Shown: in pieces, positions 47,205 through 59,744 of the stretch
How positions within the stretch are numbered: the first letter of the stretch is position 1
How the letters are laid out: every line of letters begins with the position of its first letter
From: Chiloscyllium plagiosum
Lineage: Eukaryota
DNA length: 64,000 bases
NCBI RefSeq assembly: GCF_004010195.1
Contig: NC_057749.1
Span: 24,418,334-24,482,333 of the forward strand
Direction of reading: 5' to 3'
Made by a program: the position numbers and the translations under genes
Notes under the pieces: generated by a model
The model's database searches: none
What the model saw: the letters and a program-made list of their open reading frames with translations, nothing else
Told to the model about the DNA's origin: nothing

Positions 47205-47506
47205 TTTAAAAATCACACGACACCAGGTTTTATTGTCCAACAGGTTTACTTGGAAGCACTAGCTTTCAGAGCACTGCCCCTTCATCAGGTGGTTGTAGAA
47301 CATGACCATATGACACAGAATTTATAGCAAAAAGGGTTTTGGAATTGTAAAGGTATGTTAAACAATTTAAGTTAAAAATCACACAACACCAGGTTATTGT
47401 TCGTAAACAAATTTAGACTTAATTTAAATTAATTTAAAAACTACAGCCTGGTGTTGTGTGATTTTTAACTTTGTCCACCCCAGTCCAACTCTGCCTCCTC
47501 CACATC
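47205..47506. mobile_element. PLE pLTR, family C (tandem plus inverted copies)
   Basis: taaaaatcacacRacaccagg twice, and its reverse complement cctggtgttgtgtgatttttaac. Confidence 0.75.
47257..47291 (-). ncRNA. Minimal type I hammerhead ribozyme motif
   Basis: Minus strand CAC-CUGAUGA-A-GGGGC(AGU)GCUCU-GAAA-GC-UA-GUG: stem I CAC/GUG, palindromic AGCU. Confidence 0.7.
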
Positions 47507-47703
47507 AAATGCCGATTGATCACTTTTTGGAACACCTCCACTTAGTCCACAATCCTGATTTATTTCTCCAGCTTGTGTTCATGCTCGTTTCTGTAATTGT
47601 GTTTCACTGGAAGAGTGAACCAGATCAGCATAAGCTTGAGGATCTGTATCTCCTCTTCGTGGGTGTTTCACTGGAGTTGTGTTGGGAGTCATGTCATTGG
47701 GGG

Positions 47704-47990
47704 GCCTCACAGCGCCAGAGACCCGGGTTCAATTCCTGCCTCGGGTGATTGTCTGTGTGGAGTTTGCACATTCTCCCTTAGTGTGTGTTCCCTCCGGGTG
47801 CTCCGGTTTCCTCCCACAGTCCAAAGTTGTGCAGGTCAGCTGAATTGGCCAGGCTAAATTGTCCATAGTGTTAGGTGCATTAGTCAGGGGTAAATCCAGG
47901 GTAGGGAAATGAGTCTGGGTGGGTTACTCTTCGGAAGGTTGGTGTGAACTTGGGCTGAAGGGCCTGTTTCCATACTGTAGGGGATCTAGT
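47704..47990 (+). mobile_element. HE1-type V-SINE
   Basis: gcctcacagcgccagagacccgggttcaattcc...V-domain...tail. Confidence 0.88.
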
Positions 47991-49640
47991 CTGGTCAGCA
48001 TGGGACCCCAGCATCAATAGCCCATCAGCGAGGTGGGCCCAGCGACGAAGAGATGGCGTTTGAAGAGCGGGGGTAACTCCAACATTGGGTCTGGCAAGGT
48101 GACAGTGCGAATGTTATTGGTCGGCCGGGTCAGGGCTGGGCATCGTGGTGGAGGTGGCAGAGTGAAGATGGACTTACTTCAAGAATAAAACGACAGAAGA
48201 ATTGGAATGGCGATGGATTGTGGTGACAGTTGAAGTGTTTCACTGTGTTTTACCATGCTGTTTGTTGTCGAGCATACATGTCAATAAGTCAACATTCATT
48301 CATCTTTCAGTTATATCAGTTATTTTCTGGTCTCAATAGATCACGATCTCTGAGTCCTTTTGTTTCCTGTGTTTTTTTTACACTTGTGTTTGCTTTCAGA
48401 CAGCAGCACACCTGCACTAGTGTATTGTGAGTGGGGTTCTGCTCACCTGAGGCTATGACACATGTGTACCCCCAAAGGCAGTATGCTGGAAAGAGCTGTC
48501 AATTGCAAGGATCAATTTTTAACAGCTTATATGGTTCTTATTGTAAATGTCTTGGGTTAAAGCTATGAATTCTGACCCAAGAGCAACTTCCCAATGGTGA
48601 CAGCTTGGTGAAATGTAAGCAACGTTGCTTTCAGGTAAGAAACCTTCAGGCTGCAGAAAGCGTCTCAAATTGGGGTTTTGGCAACACACTAGCAAACACA
48701 CAAGGCACTCCACATCACGTTTACCAAGGAGAAAGCTTGCACACTGTGGACACACGCAACTCTCACAAAAATAACCATCCAATTAAAAAAAAATTAATCT
48801 CGAGTCATTACCGAGAAGTTGTATAACTGCATTGCAGATTGCGCAAGATAACAATCTCTATCTACTGCTCCTTGATGTGCTCCCAGAACCATCGTGTGCA
48901 TTTCCACATTGGCAAATGTAGCTGCGCTGTTTTGAAGTTGCAATAGCAGGTGCTGCACTCATAGATGGCAAACATAAGTGGCCTCACTACTTCATTATGT
49001 GGTGAAGAGTTGGATAATGTTTCTGAGATTCTGGAGTCTGAGTAAAGTCACCAAAACAACCAACATCTAATATTCATTATTTCTTTTTTCTGCCTTCATA
49101 TTTTATGTTTTGATTTACTTTTCTGTATATTGAGATGGTGCTGGAATGATAACACTAGACAATACTTTTCACTATTTTGTAACAAGATACACGTGACAAT
49201 AAGTAGATCAAATATTAAGTGAGAACTGAATGAGACCATTAACCAAGATTGAGTAAACTAAATGTACCTTCAGTGATGAACATGTCTGAGATTCGAAGAT
49301 TGTCTTACTAACTGTGCCACAGAGCGCTGGAGAAAGACAAAGCTATCACTCTGGATTGATGCTGCTGGAAATGACTTGCATGTTCCTGTGAATGCTTCAC
49401 ACGGGAGGCAATGACCTTCAAAGTAACCACAGAACCCTTACAGTGCATGAAGAGGCCATTCCAAAGAGCATCTCACCCAGACTCCCAACCACAGCCCCAT
49501 AACCTAAAGTAATCCAAACAGCTTAAATGTGCTCACCGTTATTACCAAGCAATATGAACGTTTCTTTTCCTGTTCCATTCTCGCTTAGTGTTTGATTCAT
49601 TTATTGTCACATGTATCTTGTTACAAAATACAGTGAAAAG

Positions 49641-49987
49641 GGCAGCACAGTGGCTCAGTGGTTAACACTACTGCCTCACAATGCCAGGGACCAGGGTTCG
49701 ATTCCATCCCTGAGTGACTGTGTGGAGTTTGCATATTCTCCATGTGTCTGCGTGGGTTTCCTCCAAGTGCTCCAGTTTCCTCCCACAGTCCAAAGCTGTG
49801 CAGGTTAGGTGGATTGGTCATGCTACATTGCCCCATAGTGTCCAGGGGTGTGTAGGTTAGATGGATTAGCCATGGGGAATGCAGGGATGGGGTGGTGGGG
49901 CTAGGTTTGCAAGGGATACTCTTAAGAGGGTTGGTGTGAACTTGATGGGCCCAAAGACCCACTCCCACACTGTAGGGATTCTATGAT
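49641..49987 (+). mobile_element. HE1-type V-SINE
   Basis: Full head ggcagcacagtggctcagtggtta through to the tail. Confidence 0.88.
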
Positions 49988-50078
49988 AACACTCATTCTG
50001 GGGTAAATGCTGAAATGTCCTGTAGGTTACTTCATTAAGGTTTTGAATCATCCACTTTAGTGACAGTGGGTGCACGGA

Positions 50079-50374
50079 AATCATAGAATCCCTACAGTGT
50101 GCAAACAGGCCCTTCAGCCTCTGAAAAGTATCCCACCCAAACCCATTCCCAGTTACTCTACTTTTACCGCTGACTAATGCACCTAACGTACACATCCCTG
50201 AGCAATATGGAAAAATTGGCATAGCCAAGTCACCTAACCTGCACACCTTTTCACCCAGAAGAATCCCACGCAGACACAGGGCAATTGTGCAAACTCCACA
50301 CAGACAGTCACCCGAGGCGGGAATCGAACCCGGGTCCCTGGTGCTGTGAGGCAGCAGGGCTAACCACTGCCACC
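50079..50374 (-). mobile_element. HE1-type V-SINE, tail to tail with the previous copy
   Basis: cccgaggcgggaatcgaacccgggtccctgg... Confidence 0.85.
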
Positions 50375-50379
50375 TGGAT

Positions 50380-51745
50380 TGTGTGTTAAGTCTCATCTTT
50401 TAGAATGACCATGTTGGTTTCGGTTCTTTCACATGTAAATCACAGAACTTTTCTAATTTTGCATTCTCAAGTGAACTTGAGCAATTGGTGTCATGTCGAC
50501 CCAGATAATGCATTTAAGGCGTGTGCTGCCCTGTGTGAGGCTGTCTGTGCCACAATGGTTAGACTAATTCTAATCTAAAATATGGATTTACAGAATCTTA
50601 CATGGATTCATGTAGTTTTTGAGCAAAATAAAATGTAATTCTGCAAGTACAAATTCACCCCACAAATGTGTATGTGTGCGTGCATGTGGGTGTGTGTGGG
50701 GGGGGGGGGGGAGAGCGGGAGAGGGTCATAGAGTCATACAGATGTACAGCATGGAAACAGACCCTTCGGTCCAACTCGTCCATGCCGAGTCCCACCCGCC
50801 AGCACCTGGCCCATATCCCTCCAAACCCTTCCTAATCATATACCCATCCAGATGCCTTTTAAATGTTGTAATTGTACCAGCCTCCACTGCATCTTCTGGC
50901 AGCTCGTTCCATACATGCACCATGGTGTTATGAGTGTGTGTGAGTGTAAAGGGTTATAAGTCTGAGACAGGATGCCTGAGTGTATATGTGAGCATATGAG
51001 AGAGCTTGTTTTTGAGAGAGGGTCTGTGTGAGTGTGTGGCTCTGTAGAAGTGTGTGTGTCGGTGTGTAGTGCAGTGGGGTCACCTGTAGTGTGACATGAA
51101 CCCGGTTGAGGCCCTCCCTATGGGTACTGAACTTGGCTATCAGCCTCTGCTTGGCCACTTTGCGTTGCTGCCTGTCTTGAAGTCTGACTTGGAGGATGGT
51201 CACCCGAAGGTCTGAGGTCAAATGTCCTGGACTGCTGAAGTGTTCTTCAACTGGGAGGGTGCACTCCTGTGTGTTGATTGTTGTGCGGTGCCCATCATCT
51301 GTTGCTGTAGCCTCTGCTTGGTCTCACCAATGTACCATGCCTCAGGTTATCCTTGCCTGCAGCGTATGAGATAGACAACGTTGGCTGAGTCACATTGGGA
51401 CCTGCCACGTACATTTTGGGAGGTATCCCCACACGTAATGATGGTATCCGTGTCAAAACTCTGACACATCTTGCAACGTCTACTGTGACAGGGTTGTATG
51501 GAGTTGTCCTGAAAGCCAGGCAGCTTGCTGCGAACAATGATCTGTTTGAGGTTTGGCGGTTGTTTAAAGGCAAGGAGTGGGGAAGGTCTTGGCGAGGTGC
51601 TGATCCTCATTGATAATGTGCTGCAGGCTGCGAAGAGCATGGTGTTGTTTTTCAGCTCCTGGGAAGTACTGGACAATGAAGGGTACCCTGTCGGTTGCAG
51701 CATATGTCTGTCTCCTGAGGAGGTCATTACGGTTTCTCACTGACC
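50380..51745 (-). mobile_element. Penelope-like element (Neptune type) 3' part, interrupted by a HER1 tail (~50724-50925)
   Basis: AFKQPPNLKQIIVRSKL...PCHSRRCKMC...CDSANVVYLIRCRQG*PEAWYIGET: Cys-rich linker plus GIY-YIG, with an in-frame stop. Confidence 0.85.
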
Positions 51746-52441
51746 TTAGGTTCGTGTCACAGCAGCAGCAGCATCGAAACAGATTGGGACTTATCCAGAA
51801 AATGCAGTGGGGTGATTACCCACATCAGGAAGGGTTTTCTCTTGGCAGTAAATAATATAGTGATCAACTCAAACACTTTGCTCGTGTTTGTCACTCATTG
51901 GCAAAAATCGAGTTCCCCAATCGATACTCCCAGAAGAGTGCACCTCGACCAGAAATAGGATGAGAAACTCGAACCAACGTCGGGGTAAATGACGCTGGAT
52001 ACACGTTGGTAATCACTCTCAGACGCAAGCACTCACGATTGCCAGTGACCATTGGCCACAAAGGAATAGATGTCAGTGTTGTGGGAGGCAAAATATTCAA
52101 CAGCCCCCCAGAACTTCCTCATTCCTTGTGAACCACAGAATACAGTAATTTCCCTTCCAACTCTGACAAGCCACTGAAAGTGTGTGGGTTTTTTTTGGAA
52201 AATCCACCAAACAAGTGCTGTTTTCTGTCACTTCTGGTGAATACCTATTGCTTTCAAGCAGCAGCAGATTTTTTTTCCTGTATCTGCCGTCAAAGAAGCA
52301 GTTCCATGAAAGCCCAACAACATCCTCGCTCTGCAGATATTTCTAATCGACACGTTCAGAAATGCTTTGGTGCATCTTGGGAGAGTTGGAGCTGAGCCTG
52401 CTGGCTCAGAGGTTGGGACGCTACCACATCAATATCAAAGG

Positions 52442-52631
52442 GAGTCAGGATTAGAATGGTGCTGGAAAAGCACAGCAGGTCAGGCAGCATCCGAGGAGCA
52501 GGAAAATCTATGTTTCGGGCAGGAGCCCTTCCGATGATACTGCCTCGGATGCTGCCTGACCTGCTGTGCTTTACCAGCACCACTCTAATCTTGACTCTAA
52601 TCTCCAGTATCTGCAGTACCCACTTTCACCT
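52442..52631. mobile_element. Fold-back PLE pLTR insertion, family A
   Basis: gagtcaggattagaatggtgctgg... / ...ccagcaccactctaatcttgactc. Confidence 0.75.
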
Positions 52632-52749
52632 ATCATCCTCAAATAGTCTGCTTTGCTGACATTGACAAGATCATCTGGTTGTAATAGTAGTCATGCTGAA
52701 AATGAACTTGAGACTGACATACGTGCCTAAAATGTTATTTAGTTATATG

Positions 52750-53070
52750 TTGGCATCACTGATGGGGCCAGCATTTATTGCCCATCCCTACTTACCTTGG
52801 AAAGTTAAGCCAAAGTCTGCAGTCACTGGGGTATAGGGACATCGAGAGTGTTATTAGGGAGGGAGTTCTAGGATTTTTGACGCAGTGAGACTGAAGGAGC
52901 AGCGATATATTTCCAAGTAGGGATAGAGAGTGGCTTGGAGGGAAACCTGCAGGGGGGTGGTGTTCCCACAATGGTGTCACGCTCCTTGACTGTTGTTTGA
53001 GCTTTAAATTGATCCAGGCAGAATCCCGTCACACTGCGAACTTGTGCCTACTAGATAGTAGACATGTTTG
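52750..53070 (-). mobile_element. L2-like LINE 3' fragment
   Basis: ggccagcatttattgcccatcc tail; shared with 59745-59970 and 2740-2900. Confidence 0.65.
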
Positions 53071-53239
53071 TTATGAAAACCTGCCAATTCCACAGGGCCC
53101 ATTAGCGTCTGCTCCCTGTTCTCTGCCAGCCAGTGAATCCTCTACCCATGCTAATACATTACCCCTATGAACCCCTACTTTGGGCAAAAACCTTTGTGAG
53201 TGGTAGTCCAAGTACGTTACGTTTTTGGTTTCCCTTTAC

Positions 53240-55340
53240 TCGATAGTGCATGTTACTCCAAAGGAATGAAATATTCTGGGGTATCTGACCTTTTCAACAA
53301 AACACAGGAAAGAAAGGACGGTGGGGAATCATGGTTAGTTCAGGATGGAATAGGAACAATAGTAAGAAATGACTTTGGCTCAGAAGATGTGGTTGGAGGT
53401 AAGAAATGGAGGGGTGAAGAAGATGCTGGTAGGAGTAGTGTATAGCACCACCCCACCCTCCACCCCCGACTCCCCAATATTAGTCGTATAGTAAAAAAGA
53501 GAATAAATCAGGAGATCATGTATAAAAGGCAATAATTAATCATTTGTGGCTTTAATCTTCTTGGGAAAGACTGACTGACGGGTGGCTATGAGCAAGAATT
53601 CACTTTTTTTTGTATTCGGGACGCAATATGTCATGGATCCAACTAGGAATGAGGTTATTTTGGATCTAATATAATGAATAAGGAAGAGGCAGGTTTAATA
53701 AATGATGTCAGAGTAAAGGGTACCCACGGAAACAGTGACCATAACATGGTAGCATTTAGTATTCAGTTTGAGAGTGAGGGGGTTAGGTCAGAAACTGTGC
53801 TGAACTTAAATTAGACTAATTACAAAGGAATGAGGGCAGAGCTGGCTGTAGTGAACTGGGAGAGGTGTTTGGCAGCAAAGACGGTTGAGGAACAATGACA
53901 GACTTTTAAGAAAATGGTTCCTGGCTTACAACAAAAATATATCCCTGTGAGTATGATTCTCCGAAGGGAATAAGATGCCAATGTTAAGTCTAACATCAAA
54001 TTGAATGAGAAAAACATACGATATGATAAAGATTAGTTGCAAGCTAAAGGATTGGGAAGGTTTTAAAATCCTACAGAAGGTGAGAAATAACAAGAGATGA
54101 TAAGATTGACGGAGCGATCGATAGGTTCTTGATTGTCAAGGGGGTCAAAGGTTACAGGTAGAATGGGGTTGGGAAACGTACCAGCCCTGATTGAGTGGCA
54201 GAGCAGACCTGATGGGCAGAATGGCCTAATTTCTGCTCCAATGTCTTATGGTCTTATAAGCTTTGAGGGTAAACATGCAAGTAATAACAAGATGGACAAC
54301 AAGAGCTTCTTTAAAAATGAAAAGGAAGAGAGAGACTAAATTTAAAATAGGTCTTTTGAAAATAAGGTTGAGGAAATAATGATGGGGAGCCAGGAAGTGA
54401 CAGAGGAGTTGAATCAGTACTTTGCATCAGCCTTCATTTAGGAGACGGTGATAGCATTTGAAAATTACTAAATAATCAAAGGGCAGAAAGAGAAAAGGAA
54501 ATAAACACAGTAACTATGACTAGAAAGAAAATAATAGCTAGAACGACTGCGGATGGTGTAAATCAGAAACATAAGCAGAAATTGCAGGAAGAACTCAGCA
54601 GGTTTGATAGCGTCACTGGGGGGCAATCAGAGTTAATGTTTCTGGTTGAGTGACTCTTCAAGAACTGACAGTAGCTAGGAAAATGTTGGTTTATTTGTCG
54701 AAAATAGGGTGGGGGAGGGGATAAGGAGTAAACAATAGGGGGGGTGGGATAGAGCCCAAAGATGGAAAACCATTTGGACAGACAAAGGAGTGGACAACGA
54801 TCTGGCTGGGAGGGTGAATAGCTCTTAATGGGGACTGTTCGTGGCTAACAATGGATTGCCTGTAGTAGCGGACTATATAACAACAAGGCCTGGTGTGTGG
54901 AGGTTGGAGTAAGGACAAGGGAGAGTTCAAGCCCTAAAGTTGTTGAACTTGACATGAAGTCCAGAAGGCTGCAGGGTTCCCGAGCGGAAAATGAGGTGCT
55001 GTTCTTCCAGGTTGTGCTGAGCTTTCCCGGAGCACGGAAGCAAGTCGAGAAAAAGTAAATGGGAAACTAATGGGACTAAAGCCTGATAAATCACCTGGAG
55101 CTGAGAGGATACATTGTAGGATATTAAAAGAAATAGCTACTGAGGTAATGGATACACTGGCCGTAATCTTCCAAAAATCCTTAGATTCTGGGAAAGTCTC
55201 GGAGGATTGGAAAGATATTACTGATGTAATATCTTTATTTTAATTAAGTTGCAGAGCAGGTAACTCTAAGGTAGTTCGCTTAACATCTGTCAATGGGAAA
55301 GTGTCAATGACAAAGGTTGTAAAAGAAGAGTATTTAGACA
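53240..55340 (+). mobile_element. Old CR1 LINE ORF2 remnant (endonuclease to RT), interrupted by a CR1 tail (~54105-54258) and a PLE 3' end (-; ~54540-55040)
   Basis: Degenerate motifs aacagtgaccataac (SDH), gataaatcacctgga (DKSPG) and ggaggattgg (EDW). Confidence 0.65.
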
Positions 55341-55852
55341 TAATCAAGCTCAGTCACTAAGATTGCTCTGTCAAACTTTACTTTGTATCTAACCTACGGA
55401 ACAGTGTTGTTTGTTTTTTCAGTGTTAAACACATTCTGGAAATATTTAATTGCATAGTCTTGCCACTAATTTTTGCCGTATTCTATGTTTTTCTCTTTCA
55501 ATCCTGCACTTGCCTCTGGTTTGTTTAAATGTAACAAGGTTGAGGCATCTTTACTTTGCGTCTAGCCCAAGTTGTACACCTCCTGGGATTGTTTGATGAC
55601 AGAGTGTGGAGGAAGTTTGTTTCTCTATCCTGCTGAGGTCGGTTGACCTAGTTAGCTGGACGGCTGGTTTACACTGCGCCAGCTAAGGTTGTCATGAAGG
55701 ACTCTCCTTCCCAACCTCTCCCCTCGCCTGAGGCACGGTGACCCTCAGGTTAAACCACCACCAGTCATCTCTCTGTAACGTGAGAGCAGCCCTCTGGTAC
55801 GATGGTGATTTTATTGCTTTCACTGCCCTGGGACTGGGATAATGTAAATTTA

Positions 55853-56004
55853 TGCGGAAGTGGGTACTGCAGATGCTGGAGATTAGTGTCAAGGTTAGAT
55901 TGGTGCTGGAACGGCACAGCAGGTCAGGCAGCATCCGAGGAGCAGGAAAATCGACGTTTCCCTTCATCAGGAATGGCTGCATCGCACTGCAGTCATCCAG
56001 CTAA
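55853..56004 (-). mobile_element. PLE pLTR insertion, family A
   Basis: 14 bp TSD ataatgtaaattta at 55839-55852 and 56005-56018. Confidence 0.75.
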
Positions 56005-56184
56005 ATAATGTAAATTTACTCTAACGAACCTGAACTATACAGCAGAGAAAACTTCCTGGGCTGCTCTTTTCTAACTTCCTAACTTGCCAGTTTCAACTCA
56101 TTTTGCCAGTCTGAGTCATGTTCTCTGTCTTGAATATATAGCCAGTGTGTGAATTTGCTAAGCAGCTTTCCCTCCCTCCCCCAC

Positions 56185-56185
<1 letters not shown>

Positions 56186-56216
<31 letters not shown>
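56186..56216. repeat. (CA)n microsatellite
   Basis: Perfect CA run. Confidence 0.95.
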
Positions 56217-56217
<1 letters not shown>

Positions 56218-56344
56218 CAGGCTTATTTCTTCATTCATTGCAGCCTTGTAGGTCATCCTGGTACTGACACAAGGTAACTGGTGAATCATCTGGATGGGTA
56301 CATGAATGGGAAGGGTTTAGAGGGATTTGGGCCCAATGCTGGTA

Positions 56345-57020
56345 GGAGCAGGAGTAGGCCATTCGACCCCTCCAGTCTGCTACACCGCTTAATAAGACTA
56401 CAAGTGGACTCTGACCCCTGGTTCTGGGCTCCCACACCATCATGTACATCCTCTTTGCATCTAACCTGTCAAGTCCTGTTACAGTATTATAGGTTTCTAT
56501 GAGATCTCTCCTTCATACTTCTAAATACTAGTGAAGACGATCCTAATCGACTCCATCTCACCTTATTCCTGTCATCCCAGGAATCAATCTGGCAAGCCTT
56601 CACTGCACTCCCTCTATAGCAAGAACATCCTTCCCAGATAGGGAGACCAAAACTGCACACAAAACTCCAGGCCTCACCAGTGCCTTGTATAATCGCAGCC
56701 AAAGATCTTGTTCCTGTACTCGAATCCTATCTCTATGATGGCCAACACACAGTCTGCCTTCTTTAATGCCTGCTGCACCCACATGCTTACTTTCAGTGAC
56801 TGATGTACAAGGGCACCCATTGTCTTATTGAACATTCCCCCTCTCAATTTACAGCCACACAAATAATAACCTACCTTCCCATTTTTGCTATCAAAATGGA
56901 TAACCTCACATTTATCAACATTATACCACACCTAACATGCATTTGGCCAGTCACTCAGCCTGTCTCAATCACACTGCAATCCTCCTCACAGCTCACCCTC
57001 CCATCCAGCTTTGTGCCTTC
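56345..57020 (-). mobile_element. CR1 LINE 3' fragment
   Basis: MWYNVDKCEVIHF...; LRLYKALVRP. Confidence 0.8.
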
Positions 57021-57110
57021 TGAGAGATATTACATTTCCCAGCTTCTGAGATGAACATTTTGTCCGTGCTTTGTCTGCTTTCAATAAGTAACTATCTTGG
57101 TAATTTAGCA

Positions 57111-57124
57111 CTGCCATCTAGTGG
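57111..57124 (-). promoter_or_regulatory. CTCF core motif
   Basis: Reverse complement CCACTAGATGGCAG closely matches the CTCF consensus. Confidence 0.6.
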
Positions 57125-57517
57125 GCTTGCAGGCCACCTGTACATTTGTAAAGATTATGAAATAAATAACGTATTTTAAGGAGGTGTGTTTGACTGAAAT
57201 TAATTCGCTTCTCCAAGAGAAACCCAGCAAAGCTGTGTGATTCTGAGAAAGCAAATTTGGCATTTTATGCAATTTGCTGGATTTCATTATCTACGAATTC
57301 TGTGGGAATTATAAAAAAAATTCTTTTTGGGGAAGTTCCGGCAGGATTGCCGCACAGATGTGAACAAAAGTGTGGCAGTCTGCCTTACCTGAGAATAGGC
57401 ACAGGTTGGAGAGGTCAGACCTCTTTCTGTGCAGGAACTTTTATTGACATGTATCATTTGGATGAATCTAACTCCAATCCTAACAACAAGTAAAACTGGA
57501 CTTCAGTTTCTCAGTTA

Positions 57518-59280
57518 TAGAGTCATAGAGATGTACAGCATGGAAACAGACCCTTCGGTCCAACTCGTCCAGGCTGACCAGATATCCTAAATTAATCTAG
57601 TCTCAATTGCCAGCTTGGCCCATATCCCTCTGAACCTTTCCTATTCATGTACCCATCCAGATGCCTTCTAAATGCGATAACTGTACCAGCCTCCATCATT
57701 TCCTCTGGCAGCTCATTCCGTACACGTACCACCCTCTGCATGAAAAAGTTGCCCCTTAGGTCCCTTCTAAATCTTTCCCCTCTCACCCTAAACCTATGCC
57801 CTCTAGTTTTGAATTCCCCTACCCAGGGAAAAAGACCTTGGTTATTTACCCTATCCATGCCTGTCATGATTTTATAAATCTGTGAAGTCAGCCCTCAGCC
57901 TCCGACGCTCCAGGAAAAACAGCCCCAGCCTGTTCATCCTCTCCCTAAATCTCAAACCCTCCAACCCTGGCAACATCCTTATAAATCTTTTCTGAACCCT
58001 TTCAAGTTTCACAACATCCTTCCTATAGCTTGGAGACCAGAATTTTGAATGCAGTAATACAACAGTAGCCTAACCAATGTCCTGTACAGCTACAATACAA
58101 CCTCCCAACTCCTGTACTCAATACACTGACCAATTAAGGAAAACATACCAAACACCTTTTTCACTATCCTATCTACCTGCGACTCCACTTTCAAGGAACT
58201 ATGAACCTGTACCCCAAGGTCTCTTTGTTCAGCAACACTCCCCCAGACCTTACCATTAAGTGTATAAGTCATGCTCTGAATTGTCTTTCCAAAATGCAGC
58301 ACCTCACATTTACCTAAATTAAACTTCATCTGCCACTCCTCAGTCCGTTGGCCCATCTGATCAAGATCCTGTTGTACTCTGAGGTCATCTTCTTCGCTAC
58401 ACCTCCAATTTTGGTGTCATCTGCAAACTTACTAACTATACCTGCTATGTTCACATCCACATAATTTATATAAATGACAAAAAGCAGTGGCCCCAGCACT
58501 AACCCTTATGGCCTTCTACTGGTCACAGGACTCCAGTCTGAAAAACAACCCTCCACCACCACCCTCTGTCTCCTACCTTCGAGCTAGTTCTGTATCCAAA
58601 TGGCTATCTCTCCCTGGATTCCATGAAACCTAACCTTGCTAACCAGTCTCCCATGGGGAACCTTGTGAAAAGTGTTGCTGAAATCCACATAAACAATGTC
58701 CACCACTCTGCCCTCCTCAATCTGCTTTGTCACATCTTCAAAAAACGCAATCAAATTAGTGAGACATGATTTCCCATGTACAAAGCCATGTTGACTATCT
58801 GTAATCAGTCCTTGCCTTTCCAAACACGTCAATCCTGACCCTCAGAATCCCCTCCAACAATGTACCCACCACTTACACCTGGCTTACTGGCTTTTCCTTA
58901 CCACCTTTCTTAAATAAGAACACCACATTAGCCATCCTCCAGTCTTCTGACATGGTTGTCGATGCTACAAATGTCTCAGCGAGGGGCCAGTCATTCACTT
59001 CCCTGGCTTCACACACATATCTGGGACAGACCTGATCAGGTTCCAGAGTTTTATCCAGCTTTATGCATTTTAAGACATCCAGCACCACTTCCTCTGTAAT
59101 ATGGTCACTTTTCAGGATACCACGAATTATTTCTCCAAGTTCTTTAGCTTGCATATCCTTCACCATGGTAAAGAGTAACACAAAATGATTGTTCAGCGTC
59201 ACACCCACCTCCTGCGGTTCCACACAAAGATGGCTTTGTTGGGTCTGTAAGGGCCCCTATTCTCTCCCAAGTTACTCTTT
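57518..59280 (-). mobile_element. HER1/CR1 LINE, ~1.76 kb, 5'-truncated
   Basis: EDWRMANVV, SQHGFVHGKSCLTNL...VYVDFSNTFHKVPH, WQMKFNLGKC, and complete 3' tail. Confidence 0.93.
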
Positions 59281-59281
59281 C

Positions 59282-59506
59282 GTTGTTGTGGTTCTGTTCG
59301 CCGAGCTGGGAATTTGTGTTGCAGACGTTTCGTCCCCTGTCTAGGTGACATCCTCAGTGCTTGGGAGCCTCCTGTGAAGCGCTTCTGTGATCTTTCCTCC
59401 GGCATTTATAGTGATTTGTATCTGCCGCTTCTCTAGGAATTCCTAGAGAACAGAGAACAGCCAGGGAATTCCTAAAGGCATGGCACTCATCCACAGATTC
59501 AATCAA
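59282..59506 (-). mobile_element. Rearranged fragment of the same Penelope family as 6346-7267
   Basis: 59283-59430 is near-identical to 6346-6493; 59450-59506 is an inverted internal piece. Confidence 0.85.
59321..59360 (-). ncRNA. Minimal type I hammerhead motif, identical to 6384-6423
   Basis: gcagacgtttcgtcccctgtctaggtgacatcctcagtgc. Confidence 0.75.
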
Positions 59507-59509
59507 CAT

Positions 59510-59634
59510 TTATCTTAGCCTGCTGGACACACTTTCCTCATTCCTGAAGAAGGGCTTATGCCCGAAACGTCGATTCTCCTGTTCCTTGGATGCTGCCTGA
59601 CCTGCTGTGCTTTTCTAGCAACACATTTTCAGCT
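59510..59634 (+). mobile_element. PLE pLTR, family A, with hammerhead-like core at 59544-59571
   Basis: ctgaagaagggcttatgcccgaaacgtc. Confidence 0.7.
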
Positions 59635-59744
59635 ATAAACCCAATCTGTATTGTCCTGTCAATGATTTTCTTTTATAGCACTACTCGAACTACCACAATG
59701 AAAAAAGTGTCACTTCCAAGGATGTGTTTTAGTTACTCATGCGA

